A DNA stretch of 64,000 nucleotides from Andalucia godoyi And28 (GCA_009859145.1 VRVR01000034.1:5305-69304), one strand, 5' to 3'. Shown: positions 39,199 to 50,269, numbered from the stretch's first letter. Numbers and translations are program-made. Notes: generated by a model not told the origin, from the letters alone.

Positions 39199-41562
39199 TC
39201 ATGTGTTGTGCCGACGCACTTGCTCCAGCCACATCATGGCAAGAGCGCGTGTGGTCTTTGAAATATCGAGCGACGATGTGAAGGATGCAGCAACCGGATC
39301 CTCTTCGTCAGACTCGATGCTGAGGTCCGTGAGATCATCGCCCGCTGGTATATCAAGACTCGTTGTATCGGACGGGAGTAACGACGCGCCCGTCATGGGC
39401 CTGCTTGGACCTGCCGCTGCGGGTTCTTCATCAAGATCAGCCATGAGATCGGCAAGACGAGCCTGTGCTCTTGCTTTGGAGAGATACTCGGAAGTTCGTG
39501 TTCCGGATGGAATACTGGCGTTCATCGCAGCGGAAGCCATGGGAGACAACGGCACGGGAGGCCTGGAGGAAGAAGCGGGAGGTCCAGGAGAAATCGTCAA
39601 TGCAACTTTCGACGGGGTTGCGGTATTGCTAAGTGTGCCTCCAGGAGTTTTTGCTGTCGGTGTCTGGGTCGGAGCGGCAAGCGGGGTTGCAGGGCTTGCG
39701 ACTTGCGTGCTGGAAGCTCTCGCAGGCGTTTTGGGGGCGGATTGCGGGAGCGACGGCACGAAGGACACTGAGGGAGAGTTGACATATACCCCAGCCCCGG
39801 CAACCGAGGGGGTCGCCGGCGTAATCGGCACGATTGTCGGCTGCGGAGTTTTGGCAACAATGGGGGTAGATGCTTCGCGAAGAAGCTTACGCCGCATTTC
39901 TTCTTCATAGAGCAAGTCGACTGTGGTAGTGCGGCTCTGCAGTGCTGCGATGTCGCGGGCAGACCGACCGTCTCGAGTCTTGGCAAACACATCTGCGCCG
40001 TATTCACGAATAAGAATCGATACTGCTTCGTCATTGCCCTTGACTGCAGCTTCATGCAACACTGTCATTCCGGAAGAATCTGGGCCCTGGAAATCCACAT
40101 TTGCTTTTAGAAGAGCCCGCAGACAGCTTGTTCCGGTGGGAGAGCAGCACTGGGCTGCATAGTGCAACAGCGTTTTCCCTCCATTATCGCGAATATGAAG
40201 TTTCGGGTGCTGTGTGGACAGAAGAAACTCGCAAACCTCCCAGTGGCCATCCAAAACAGCCCAGAACAGACACGTGCATCCGTTCTTGTCGCGAACATGA
40301 ACAGACGCACCGGCATTGATCAACAGCCGCACAATGTCCAGGGATCCGTATCGACACGCCCAGAAAAGCGCAGTTCGACCTTCCTCATCCTTGGTTCCAA
40401 GCATAATGCCGGAGTCGATGAGCCGAGCGACGCACGCACGGTGTCCTCGAGCGCAAGCCCAGAACAGGGGAGATTTGCCGGACAGATCGGGCACATTGCA
40501 TTCAGCCCCTGCTTCCAGCAGGACTGCCATGCTTTCAATGAACCCCAGAGACGCTGCGTATGCGACTGGCGTCCGCTTATCAGCATCCTGTGCATCCTTG
40601 TCGGCCCCCACATCCAACAGGGCCTTCACCATTTTGCACTGCAAGGGACCGTCCACCAGGCAAGCACTGTGCAGAGGTGTGGCTTTGGCCTTGTCCCCGG
40701 AATTAACCTCTGCGCGGTACTGCTTCACCAAGGTCTGCACGAGATCGATTTGAGCGTGAAAGGCGGACTCTGAAAGCTGCGAAGAATTCATCCTTGCGCT
40801 GTCGAATGCAGATGCCGCCCAATGAAGACAGATACGACCATCATCGTCTTTCCAGTTGACGGAAGCATTGCGCTCCAGCAGCATCTCGGTAATCTCTTTG
40901 AATCCGAGTTTGGTCGACCAGAATATGGGTGTTTGGCCTTGAAGGTCTCGTGAATTTGGGTTTGCCTTTTGTTCCAGCAGCAAGAACTTCACCATTGCTA
41001 CCTGGTTGGTGAGCACAGCATAGAAAAGTGGCGTTCTTCCGTGGTCGTCTTTCACATCCAGCTGTGCATGACTCTCCAGCAACAGCTGCGCACAAGCGAT
41101 GTTTCCCGACAATCCACACACATGCAGCGGAGTTCTTCCGTCATTGTCCACGAGTTCTGTCTGATTCTTCACGAGTGGAAAGACAAGGTTCAGACAGTCT
41201 CGCGTCGTCAGTGCATTTGATCTGCAGCAATAATGCAGAGCAGAAAACCCCTTAGAATCCTTCACGCGTGGATCCGAATTTCGCGACAGCAGCACCTGCA
41301 CGCACTTGATCTGTCCAAAATAGCATGCTTTGTGCAGCGGCGTTGCTCCAAGAGAGTCCTTTTCGTCGACACTCGCGCCTTTCTCAATTAAAAATAGTGT
41401 GCATTCAGGATGGTTTCGTGCCGCAGATTCGTGAAGTGCTGTCTGATATGCCCGCAGTGGATGCTTGAACTGAACATTCGCTCCCTGCGCAACACACCGT
41501 CGAACCGCAGAAAAGTCTCCAGATACAACCGCAAAATACAATGTTTCTGACACAGATGGCAT
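39199..41562 (-). CDS. Ankyrin-repeat protein (about 15 repeats) with Pro/Ser/Thr-rich tail
   Basis: Repeated TALHESAA, TPLHKAC, GRTPLHVC, GRTPLFYAV, GQTPIFWS, TPLHSAC, GKSPLFWAC, GRTALFWAC, GKTLLHYAA, GMTVLHEAA. Confidence 0.92.
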   Translation of the reverse strand: MPSVSETLYFAVVSGDFSAVRRCVAQGANVQFKHPLRAYQTALHESAARNHPECTLFLIEKGASVDEKDSLGATPLHKACYFGQIKCVQVLLSRNSDPRVKDSKGFSALHYCCRSNALTTRDCLNLVFPLVKNQTELVDNDGRTPLHVCGLSGNIACAQLLLESHAQLDVKDDHGRTPLFYAVLTNQVAMVKFLLLEQKANPNSRDLQGQTPIFWSTKLGFKEITEMLLERNASVNWKDDDGRICLHWAASAFDSARMNSSQLSESAFHAQIDLVQTLVKQYRAEVNSGDKAKATPLHSACLVDGPLQCKMVKALLDVGADKDAQDADKRTPVAYAASLGFIESMAVLLEAGAECNVPDLSGKSPLFWACARGHRACVARLIDSGIMLGTKDEEGRTALFWACRYGSLDIVRLLINAGASVHVRDKNGCTCLFWAVLDGHWEVCEFLLSTQHPKLHIRDNGGKTLLHYAAQCCSPTGTSCLRALLKANVDFQGPDSSGMTVLHEAAVKGNDEAVSILIREYGADVFAKTRDGRSARDIAALQSRTTTVDLLYEEEMRRKLLREASTPIVAKTPQPTIVPITPATPSVAGAGVYVNSPSVSFVPSLPQSAPKTPARASSTQVASPATPLAAPTQTPTAKTPGGTLSNTATPSKVALTISPGPPASSSRPPVPLSPMASAAMNASIPSGTRTSEYLSKARAQARLADLMADLDEEPAAAGPSRPMTGASLLPSDTTSLDIPAGDDLTDLSIESDEEDPVAASFTSSLDISKTTRALAMMWLEQVRRHNT

Positions 41563-41982
41563 CGTTCGTAACCGCTCTTTCCGAAACTATACAATATGTA
41601 TGTCGGTATGTTTGTGCGCGTGCGTGCGTGCGTACCAAACCCAGTAAGAAAAGAAACGTAGGAACCAAAAGCCTAGCACATTAGATAACCAAATCAACTA
41701 TGTACCAGGGCGGCACAGTTTTTGGCGATTGATGTGTCTGAAAAGTCTCGAATTCGGATTTTCTCTCTCCTTTGGGAAAGATAACCCAAAAAAAAAAAAA
41801 AAAAACGAAACAGCTGTAGGGATGTGAAGCCCGCTGCGACGGCCAATGTCTTTATGCTGGGTTGCGGGAGTACAAGTATTGGAGAAGGGAGGGGGCACTG
41901 GGGCACAGACGATTGTGAAAAATTGAGAGTGTCATTTTTACGTGTTGGTGCTCGTGGAACGGGAAGGAGGGGGCCTTATTGC

Positions 41983-43644
41983 TTACTCCTTCTTGGACTT
42001 TTTGGACTTCTTCTTGTCCTTCTTGTCCTCATCAGAATCATCGTCGGACTCCTCGCGCTCTCTCTTTTTGCTCTTCTTCTCCTTCTTTTCTCTTCTCTTC
42101 TTGTCTTCTGCATCATCTTGGTCGTCGTCTTCATCCTTCTTTTCCACCTTCTTGTCCTTTTTCTTATCCTTCTTTTCCTCCTTGTCGGTCTTTTCCTTCT
42201 TTTCCGCCTTCTTGTCCTTCTTGTCCTTCTTCACTGCGCGCTCTTCATCGGATTCATCGACACGGGCTGCTGCTGCTGCTGCTGGCTTCATGACAACATC
42301 GGCGGCTTCATTGTAGCTCTTTGCAGGGGCACTGGGAGTATCGTACTTTTTGTTTCTCTCTTCCGTTCTTCCACGCCCAGAAATGGAGGCAACCTGTCTG
42401 CCTTCCAACAGTCCCAAACGCTGCTCAACACGAGCCCTATCTTCCACACCAATCGTTGCGTGATCCTTCTCGCCCAGAGCATCTACACGAACAGAAAGCG
42501 CAGTCTTTGCAGCAAGAACACGGGAGATCTTACCCTTGTTCTTCGGAGCGGCTTGTCCAACAACGGATGCGTGGAAGATCAAACCGTACTTTGGAGTATC
42601 TTTCTTTGCCTTGAGTGCACGGAAAAGAGCCTTTTCTGCACCGAGAATCTGAACTGTGGAAGCCGGATGCTTGGCAAGGTTGATCAGCGAACCGGCATGT
42701 GCAATCAATCGGGCACCAACAACTTCGCCGACCATGCAGGTCAAGTTCGGTGCAATCGCTTGCATACGCGCTCGGAGATAGTCATAAAGCTGCGCGCGGT
42801 ACTCGTGAAGCGCAAGAACTTCCTTTGCAAGCTCGCTGATGGAAACCAAATCTTCGGGGGCAATCTCAGCACCCATCGAGACCTTTGCAGCCTCCTTCAC
42901 CTGCGCCGACAGCTCGTCTTCAAGAATCTCTTCCAGCGAAGTTGCGGCCGCATCAGACCGAACCCCGATGGCAAGAATCACACGCGCATAACGCACATGG
43001 TCTGCAACAATCTTGGACAGCTCCGGGAAGTGCCAAGAATACCATTCGCGCACTCGCATAGCATACTTGTTCAATTCCTTGTCGAGATCATCCAGCAATC
43101 CAACCGCCTGCACAACCATCGTGTCGATCTTATCAGGAGAGAACTTGAGCTTGTATCGTGAAAATGAATGCGCAAGACCAAGTGCCATGGCCTTGATTAC
43201 AGACTCGGATGCTTCGTTTTCACTGTCGTTGGCTCCAATGCTCGAACTTGTGAATCCCAAAAGGGCAGTCAGCTGCGAGCGGATTCCGCGCATAAGTTCC
43301 AAAGCAGAGTTGTCCGCAACGCATGAAATTCCAAGTGCTTCCTTGATCGCACCTCCCAAACGCGGGTCGCACACAGCAAGGGTTTCGCTGCCGGATCCAT
43401 CCAGCAAATGCTTCTTCAAAAACTTGCGAAGCGGCTTGTCCACTGTCGCCTCGACAAGCGCAGTGGCAGCTGACAGGGCCTCTGTTGTGTCTGCAAACCG
43501 AGAGAATGCCTTCAGACGAACAATCTTCGAGGCCGTCTCCGGAGTCGAGAACGAACTCGACAGAGCATCGACATTCGCCAGCTTCTTTTCGTCGAGCACC
43601 TTGAACAACGCATACCCAGCCGGAGTCTCGAATAAAACCAACAT
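41983..43644 (-). CDS. NOP58: Nucleolar protein 58 (box C/D snoRNP)
   Basis: MLVLFETPAGYALFKV, LGLAHSFSRYKLKFSPDKIDTMVVQAVGLLDDLDKELN, GARLIAHAGSLINLAKHPASTVQILGAEKALFRALK, KKE/D tail. Confidence 0.96.
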   Translation of the reverse strand: MLVLFETPAGYALFKVLDEKKLANVDALSSSFSTPETASKIVRLKAFSRFADTTEALSAATALVEATVDKPLRKFLKKHLLDGSGSETLAVCDPRLGGAIKEALGISCVADNSALELMRGIRSQLTALLGFTSSSIGANDSENEASESVIKAMALGLAHSFSRYKLKFSPDKIDTMVVQAVGLLDDLDKELNKYAMRVREWYSWHFPELSKIVADHVRYARVILAIGVRSDAAATSLEEILEDELSAQVKEAAKVSMGAEIAPEDLVSISELAKEVLALHEYRAQLYDYLRARMQAIAPNLTCMVGEVVGARLIAHAGSLINLAKHPASTVQILGAEKALFRALKAKKDTPKYGLIFHASVVGQAAPKNKGKISRVLAAKTALSVRVDALGEKDHATIGVEDRARVEQRLGLLEGRQVASISGRGRTEERNKKYDTPSAPAKSYNEAADVVMKPAAAAAARVDESDEERAVKKDKKDKKAEKKEKTDKEEKKDKKKDKKVEKKDEDDDQDDAEDKKRREKKEKKSKKREREESDDDSDEDKKDKKKSKKSKKE

Positions 43645-44109
43645 TCTCTTTTTGGCCTGAAAGGGTTTGTGTTTGTGAATATGCTGTGCGGGTAGAGAAA
43701 AGTGGAAAGTAATATAAACAGAAGAAGGAGATGGAGATGAAGAAGAAAAAGATGGAGAAGAAAAAGATGAAGAAGAAGAAGGGGGAAAACGAAACTGGTT
43801 TAACACTCTGATAGACACTTCTCGATGTTATTGGCAAACGCGAATTGTTTTTGGAAAGGACGAGGAAGGGGGTTTTCGCACAAACTGGGATACACCTCAG
43901 GAATCACTTGATGCTACAGAGCATTTAGTGTTTCCTTTTCTTTTCTTTTTTTACAGCCAGCGCTTTCCCTCTAAGGAATTACTGGCCAAGATTGAGAGAC
44001 TCGAGGAAACCCTGAGACTCTCTGCAGCAACGTTTCTAGTTTATTCCCCCTCATTTTACTTTTGCCCAATCAACGTCGAAGGAGAACTGCTCTCTCATAC
44101 CCTATTCTC

Positions 44110-44186
<77 letters not shown>

Positions 44187-44187
44187 G
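44110..44187. repeat. (TTG)26 microsatellite immediately upstream of the LUC7 ATG
   Basis: Direct: 78 nt pure, ending 7 nt before ATG 44195. Confidence 0.95.
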
Positions 44188-44194
44188 ACTGATC

Positions 44195-45598
44195 ATGGAA
44201 GCGTATCGACAGTTGGTGAACCAACAGTGGAGGTCGCACGGCGTGGAGCCAAGTGTTATGGGCCGCAAGCTGCGCCAGCTTCATTACTCGCACTTCTCAG
44301 TGTGCAAGCCGTTTCTTGTGGGTTTGTGTCCTTACGAAGCTTTGGAAAACACAAAGCTTGATCTGGGCGACTGTCCGAGAATCCATGATGTGGTCTACAG
44401 AGCTGATTTTGAAAATGAAGGCAGCGAATCGCAGAAACAGGCATATCTCATGGAGCAGTTTGCGCTGCTGTCACGAGTGATTTCTGAATTAGATCGATTT
44501 GCAGATCGAGAGAAGAGGTTTGTGGAAAAGTGGAGAGGCGACTCGGAACATCCGGAATGGAGAGAACTCCAAGGCCAAATCACAGCAAAGCTTGCAGAAG
44601 CCGAGCTTGCCGCGGAGGAAGGCGACATTGCCAAAGTTTCCGAAATTATGCTCGAAACAGAGAATCTGAAAGCACGAAAAGACGAGATTGAACACGCTGA
44701 CAAGTCTGTCAATCGCAATGCAACGTATCAGAAAAATGTGTACATTTGCGATACGTGCGGTGCAAAGCTGTCTTCTCTTGACTCGGAACAGCGACTTGCC
44801 GATCATTTCGCAGGAAAGCAACATATCGGTGCACTGAGAATCCGAGAACGATTCGAAGCCGTCAAGGCCCTCCTGGCTCCCCAAGATACGGATTCTCGCA
44901 GAGTGGCCTCGGTCTTTTCCGACTTGCGACTTCCACATCCTAAAATTTCTGGAAGCTCGGTTCTCCGAGCAAATGTGGCTGTCGCATCTTCTGGAAGCGC
45001 CCTAGCATCCTTGGTGACAGCATCGCAAGAACGAGAACCGATTCGCAACTTGGAAACGAAGTTACAGGAGGTGGTTAAGCCACCGCCAAAAGTAGACCTT
45101 GATGAGATTAACGCGCTCGTTTGGAAAAGGATTGTTTCACAAGCACCTCCCTTGTCCGAAGAATTGCGAGCTAGACTACGTGAGTTTCCGAATCGCAATC
45201 GAGATGAAGGCTGGATCAGCACTCAGCAAGATCATCCCGCCGCTCGGCCGCATCGGGTCAGCCGCGGTGGCTCCGGTCAGCGAGCTGGGCGTGGACAGCC
45301 TGGTGGCCGAGGTGGATATCGGCATGATTCCTCTCGTGATCGACCGTATGATAGGCCGAGAGAGCGCGAGTTGTATGACAGAGACAGGAGCAGAGACAGA
45401 GATCGCGATCGAGATCGAGACAGAGACAGAGAACGCGGAGATGCTCAGCGGGATGGACGGGACCGCGAATGGGATCGCGAGAGAGGTAGAGAAAGATATG
45501 ATGATAGGAGAGATAGGGACAATAGAGAGCGATACCGAGATCAAGACCGGGATCGCGACAGTTATTCGCGAGATCGTGATCGAGATCGACGCTGGTAA
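44195..45598 (+). CDS. LUC7: LUC7-like U1 snRNP splicing factor with RD/RE-rich tail
   Basis: ZnF1 VCKPFLVGLCPYEALENTKLDLGDCPRIHD; ZnF2 ICDTCGAKLSSLDSEQRLADHFAGKQHIG; C-terminal RD/RE repeats. Confidence 0.93.
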   Translation: MEAYRQLVNQQWRSHGVEPSVMGRKLRQLHYSHFSVCKPFLVGLCPYEALENTKLDLGDCPRIHDVVYRADFENEGSESQKQAYLMEQFALLSRVISELDRFADREKRFVEKWRGDSEHPEWRELQGQITAKLAEAELAAEEGDIAKVSEIMLETENLKARKDEIEHADKSVNRNATYQKNVYICDTCGAKLSSLDSEQRLADHFAGKQHIGALRIRERFEAVKALLAPQDTDSRRVASVFSDLRLPHPKISGSSVLRANVAVASSGSALASLVTASQEREPIRNLETKLQEVVKPPPKVDLDEINALVWKRIVSQAPPLSEELRARLREFPNRNRDEGWISTQQDHPAARPHRVSRGGSGQRAGRGQPGGRGGYRHDSSRDRPYDRPRERELYDRDRSRDRDRDRDRDRDRERGDAQRDGRDREWDRERGRERYDDRRDRDNRERYRDQDRDRDSYSRDRDRDRRW

Positions 45599-45738
45599 TT
45601 GATAATTTAAAAAAGGCACAGCGGATGTCCACGACGGCTGAAAAAATGGCGCGTGTCTCCGGGGGCTAGTGAGCGGGTGACTGATTGGTTGGTTGGTTGG
45701 TTGTTTTACGTGGATGATAATTTCTTCTTTGGATTTCC

Positions 45739-47928
45739 TCAGTATTTCCCAATCCAATACGATCGACCGTTCGGGTTGTGAATTGTCGACTGCCGGGGAG
45801 CGTCGATGGCCCATTCGTACCAGACCTTAGTAGCGGACGACCTCCTCCACATGCACACCTTGATTATTGTCCCTTTCGTGACTGGAATCGGAACGCGCAG
45901 TGGGAAAAAGATGGGAAACCAGGAAATCAAGCCTGGTGAGTGGCGCGATGGAAGGATGCCGTAAAAGATTTCCTCGAATAAGCGGCTTTCAAAGAATCCG
46001 GCCAGCCCATGCATGAGTGCGTCGGAAGTGGCAGTGAACGACAACGTGATCGAACGATCATTGTCTTTGGGATATGCGGAAGTCGGGGAAACCGTCTGGC
46101 CTGTGTCATCCATGCGCATCAGATCCAGAGAAGCCCTTTCATTGTTCACGTCCTCTTCGGACTTTGGAAGCAAGTGCGGGTTAGGATGGATGTAATGGAA
46201 GCACCGCTTGGGCTCATCAATCAAGAAGAACCGCTTCATCTTCACGACGTACGGCGTTTCCAGAGCCGTAAAAGGACCGCCCGACAGCACAAATGACCGA
46301 CATTCGGACCAGATCTTGTGCGTAGACACGGGGGCCAAGAAGGAGGTAGAGGAGCAAGGGATTGAGATGCCATGCGGCATCTTCAACAGTCGTTGTGCAC
46401 CATCCAGACACTCTGGAGACAATTCATTGTCGCCAAACGACCCGAGCAGCTCCGATACCAGAATGTCCGTCGAGTATTTGCTGGGATCGACCAAACGCAT
46501 GTCCGAGTGCACAATCTCCACTTGCCCTTCCCAGTCAAGATCCTCAGCTTCATTTCGCAGCGTAATGATAGCATTCGGATTCTTTTCGACGGCAATCACA
46601 CGGACTTTGCACTTGGCACGTGCAGCCCCAGATAAAGAAGCTCTCACCAAGGGGCCGCGTCCGGCCCCTACCACCATGATTGTCACGCGGTCTTCCACAA
46701 TCTTTCCTCGTTGTGACAGCGAGGGATTCTTTGTAAGCGCCGAGAACACGGCATCCTCATACAGTTTGTACTTGATCGGATCGCGTTCGAACACTTCGTA
46801 TGTTGAAGACTCCAAATGGTCCGCAAGCGGTTGCAACGGCGACTGCAGATAATCTGCAAAGGGTGCCTCGAACGATTCCATTTCAGTCATCAATGGCAGT
46901 CCTTTGTGCAAGTGGTCGATGTACTTTCCGTACGAAACCATCGACGAAGCCTGCACGTGGCACGGTTTTCCGGTCAACAAGACGTTGGGTTGGAAAGGAA
47001 GAAACTGCAAGATAATCTGCTGGTGTTTCTTTGCCAAAACCGGAAACCCTTTCTTGTTTGGCAAAAAAATGTGCGACGGAATCACCAGCGTTCGAACCGG
47101 CTCCGCAAGCCATCGTTCCAGCCGCTTGCTGCACGCCGGAACTTCCGCAGTCAACACGAGTGCAACGGCCAAGTTCGCATTGAAATCACACTCGGTACGA
47201 ATGCGATTCCACATAAGCCATGCCCAATCGACGTCGCCATCATCGGCGATACTTTCCATGCCAAGCTCGCGCTTCAGATCCTCGATCGCGTGGGCGTGCA
47301 GCACCACAGGTATGGGTACGTAAAAGAACATTCCGCTCCGTGATTTCAGAAGGTTTTCAAGAACGATTCGCCCATACGCTGCGATTCCTGCACTTGGTGT
47401 TGGGAGAATGACTGCTTGCAAGTTGAGATGTGCAGCCCACGCTATTTCTGCATTAAGGGTGTCTTCCGCTACCTTGCGAACATTTGCGTCCGCCGACGAA
47501 AACTGGATCCATTCCGAAGTCCTGCCCAGAATGTACGACGACCAGTCTCGACTCGGCAGCTCCTTGTCCGAGCGCGTCATAGGCTGCGTCGATCTCCGCC
47601 ACTCGTCTGCAAAATGACGATTTCGCGGATGAGAAATAGGAATCGCTATGAAATCAAACGACGAGTCAATCGCAGAATCCAAAACCGTTCCAAGATGAGA
47701 AACGCTCGGAACATCCAACCCCACAAACGGCGTCGGATGCGCTGTCCCACCCCCACTCGCAGTCGCAACAGCAGCAGAACCACTAGTACCATCCTCGACG
47801 TCCTCGTCGTGAGAACGGGCGACTACCTTGGGTGATTTTCCTTTTGTTGTCTGCAAAGAAGGCGATTCGCCCTTCGCCTGACCACTACTGCCACCACCAC
47901 TCGACTCTTTCTTTCGCCCCTTGTTCAT
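45739..47928 (-). CDS. PRMT5: Protein arginine N-methyltransferase 5
   Basis: DYLQSPLQPLADHLESSTYEVFERDPIKY, VVGAGRGPLV, AVEKNPNA, DILVSELLGSFGDNELSPECLDG, GLISWFPIFFPL, IHNPNGRSYWIG. Confidence 0.97.
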   Translation of the reverse strand: MNKGRKKESSGGGSSGQAKGESPSLQTTKGKSPKVVARSHDEDVEDGTSGSAAVATASGGGTAHPTPFVGLDVPSVSHLGTVLDSAIDSSFDFIAIPISHPRNRHFADEWRRSTQPMTRSDKELPSRDWSSYILGRTSEWIQFSSADANVRKVAEDTLNAEIAWAAHLNLQAVILPTPSAGIAAYGRIVLENLLKSRSGMFFYVPIPVVLHAHAIEDLKRELGMESIADDGDVDWAWLMWNRIRTECDFNANLAVALVLTAEVPACSKRLERWLAEPVRTLVIPSHIFLPNKKGFPVLAKKHQQIILQFLPFQPNVLLTGKPCHVQASSMVSYGKYIDHLHKGLPLMTEMESFEAPFADYLQSPLQPLADHLESSTYEVFERDPIKYKLYEDAVFSALTKNPSLSQRGKIVEDRVTIMVVGAGRGPLVRASLSGAARAKCKVRVIAVEKNPNAIITLRNEAEDLDWEGQVEIVHSDMRLVDPSKYSTDILVSELLGSFGDNELSPECLDGAQRLLKMPHGISIPCSSTSFLAPVSTHKIWSECRSFVLSGGPFTALETPYVVKMKRFFLIDEPKRCFHYIHPNPHLLPKSEEDVNNERASLDLMRMDDTGQTVSPTSAYPKDNDRSITLSFTATSDALMHGLAGFFESRLFEEIFYGILPSRHSPGLISWFPIFFPLRVPIPVTKGTIIKVCMWRRSSATKVWYEWAIDAPRQSTIHNPNGRSYWIGKY

Positions 47929-48198
47929 GCTTTCTCCACCTGCTCCTAACCTCTCTTTTTTTATTAATTCTCGTGCGCGATAACTACTGCGTATCTAATG
48001 CGATTTTCATCACAAACGAAAGCTTTTTTCTTGTAAGAGCTCTTTGATGAAAAAGCGTCCTCTTCTGTTTGGTTGCACTTGCGCGATTTCTGTGTGTGCA
48101 GTCTGCATGAGTGTTAAAAAGCGGTCCGTTTTTATTTTTACTTTACAGGAGGTGAAAGACGATCAGACGACAACGGGAAAGACGCCGAGGGGAGGGAG

Positions 48199-48257
48199 GA
48201 AGAAGAAGAAGAAGAAGAAGAAGAAGAAGAAGAAGAAGAAGAAGAAGAAGAAGAAGA
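48199..48257. repeat. (GAA)n microsatellite
   Basis: Direct: about 19 units, intergenic. Confidence 0.92.
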
Positions 48258-48382
48258 GCGCTAGGATTTACAAAAGTCGCAAAAAAACAAAGTAGAATGG
48301 AGGTTGCTGCAAACCCCTGCGATCCAGTTTCTTCTAGGAGAGCAATGAGAGGAAAAGAGAGGAAAGGGACGGCAGGGAGTCC

Positions 48383-49328
48383 CTAGTTTTTGAGCAAGTA
48401 TGCTTTTGCTTGTTCCGCCATGAAGAAGAATGTTCCGTTCGCAGGAATAGCACGGGCCATGCAGACGGAGTAGCCTCTGTAGAATCTCTTGATTCCACCG
48501 TCCTTCCAGAGTTTCTTTGCAGCGTCCATCCATCCCGAGTACTTTCTTTTGGTGGGATCCAAGGAGTCGCCATGGATGCATCCTCGAATGGCATCCAAGG
48601 GGTATGTGAACATCCAATATGACACTCCTCCAATTGAGCCAGCAGCAAATGCATTCATATGATACTTTTCCCTCAGAACATGGAACGTTCCGAGATAGCA
48701 CGCATTGGAGGGAATGTTCCGCACAATGTTTGCGCTGAGTCCATGTGTAAACACTTTGGATACCCCGTGCTGCGATACAATCTCCCTGAGTACCGTAACG
48801 ACGCTTGTCTTGGGCCGCGTTTGGCACTGATTCGCAAGCAAAAGCATCGGCGACTCCACAAACGCAGCCAGAAATCCAGTCATTCCTCCTGCTGCATACG
48901 GCGAGTCCTTCGGAACAACATTCCGAGAAAGATGAAATGCAACATACAACCAACCGCGGAACACCATCGACAGCGCAAGTGGAGACGCTACGCCTGCATA
49001 GAACCCCGGAAGACCCTCGTTCTTAAACGTCCCCTTGATGAACGATCGAACATCAGGGTACATGCGGACCTGAAGACGAGTCTTTGCCACCTAATTTGCC
49101 ATTCTCATCGGAGCCACCGCCACAAAGCAAAAGTATAGTACAGTAAACAAAACAGAAAAAAAGCATTAGATCCATTGTCGCAGTTACACCAGCACGCACG
49201 CAAGACAGGATGTATAGATGGGAAAACGCACATACCTCAAAGGGATGACCGACGAGACAAAGACCGATTCCGCCATACAGACCCGCCGCCGCATGAATTC
49301 CAATCGATTTAGCGTCTAGTCCAGACAT
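48383..49328 (-). CDS. Mitochondrial carrier (SLC25, carnitine/ornithine-carrier-like); exons 49328-49236 and 49090-48383 (266 aa)
   Basis: PX[D/E]XX[K/R] repeats: GHPFEVAKTRLQ across the splice, ESPMLLLANQCQ (degenerate), TYPLDAIRG; also GLPGFYAG and RAIPANG. The joined length of 801 nt is in frame. Confidence 0.88.
49091..49235 (-). other. Intron of the mitochondrial carrier gene (145 nt)
   Basis: GTATGT donor, TAG acceptor, phase 0. Confidence 0.85.
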
Positions 49329-49531
49329 TTCTACAAGCAGCAAACAAGATCAATACTTTCAACCCCTTTTTTTTCTTTTTTCTGTTTTTCTTTATTTGTA
49401 TAAAAAAGAATTCCACACAAGGGGATCACTAGGCAGTTCGGACTTTTGGGAATTGGGGAATGCCCTCCTCTCTCCGGTGCGTCGTGCAAGCGGTTTTCGC
49501 AAAACAAAACAAAAACTGTAGTTAGACGGTG

Positions 49532-49885
49532 ATCAACGTTGAACATCAAAACAATACGATTTTTTTCTTACCGTGGTCAAGTCTAGAATTCTGCATTATT
49601 TTTTACTTCCTTTCATTCTATTATTTTTCTGCTTGTGTTTTTAACAAAAGAAAAAAAAAAAAAAGACCTTCTCGTGGATCCAAAGAGGGCATACTCAAAA
49701 CCAGCCATGCCCGAAGATGCCGAGATCCAAAAAACTCGTGGTTGCGATGACCCTTTGATGCAGAGCAATCTGCATTGAAGAGCTGGTGCTCTTCCCAAAT
49801 TGAATCTGTCTTCGGTGACACCTTAGCCCGATGATCAATCGTGATTCATGTTTCGGCGACCGGGTGATATTGCTTGAGCTGCGAG
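49532..49885 (+). repeat. Dispersed degenerate repeat, copy C (longest)
   Basis: Shares blocks with 22095-22370 and 3131-3285. Confidence 0.8.
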
Positions 49886-50082
49886 CAAAGGGGTGCCGAC
49901 TTTTCATTCTTTTTATAAATTGTTTTATTTTTTACAGCAGAAAGTTAGCACTGATCTTAAAATAAAACTGGCGCGAACGTTTTCTATATTTGGCATGTTC
50001 CCCCGACGCTCGATTTCAAGAGAGGGATTAAAATAACCTGCGCAAACGTGGTGGGGTGTATATATGTATGTATATATATGTA

Positions 50083-50183
50083 CTGATTCTGATTCTGATT
50101 CTGATTCTGATTCTGATTCTGATTCTGATTCTGATTCTGATTCTGATTCTGATTCTGATTCTGATTCTGATTCTGATTCTGAT
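50083..50183. repeat. (CTGATT)16 hexamer repeat upstream of the CBS gene
   Basis: Direct count: 16 full units plus one partial. Confidence 0.95.
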
Positions 50184-50269
50184 CATTGTCAGTTCATTCT
50201 CGAAAGCACTCGTGAAAGCAGCTGCCGTTTTCCAGTTTCCTGAAACATCGACGACGTATTTCCTGAAGA

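Noticed and set aside
39112-39200. Perfect box C (GTGATGA) at 39112; others near 48007-48014 (minus) and 48046
   Set aside because: There is no box D (CTGA) or closing stem at a suitable distance.
43860-44040. Short coiled-coil-like peptide (ELLAKIERLEETLRLS) between NOP58 and LUC7
   Set aside because: It has no proper ATG ORF and is too short to distinguish from chance.
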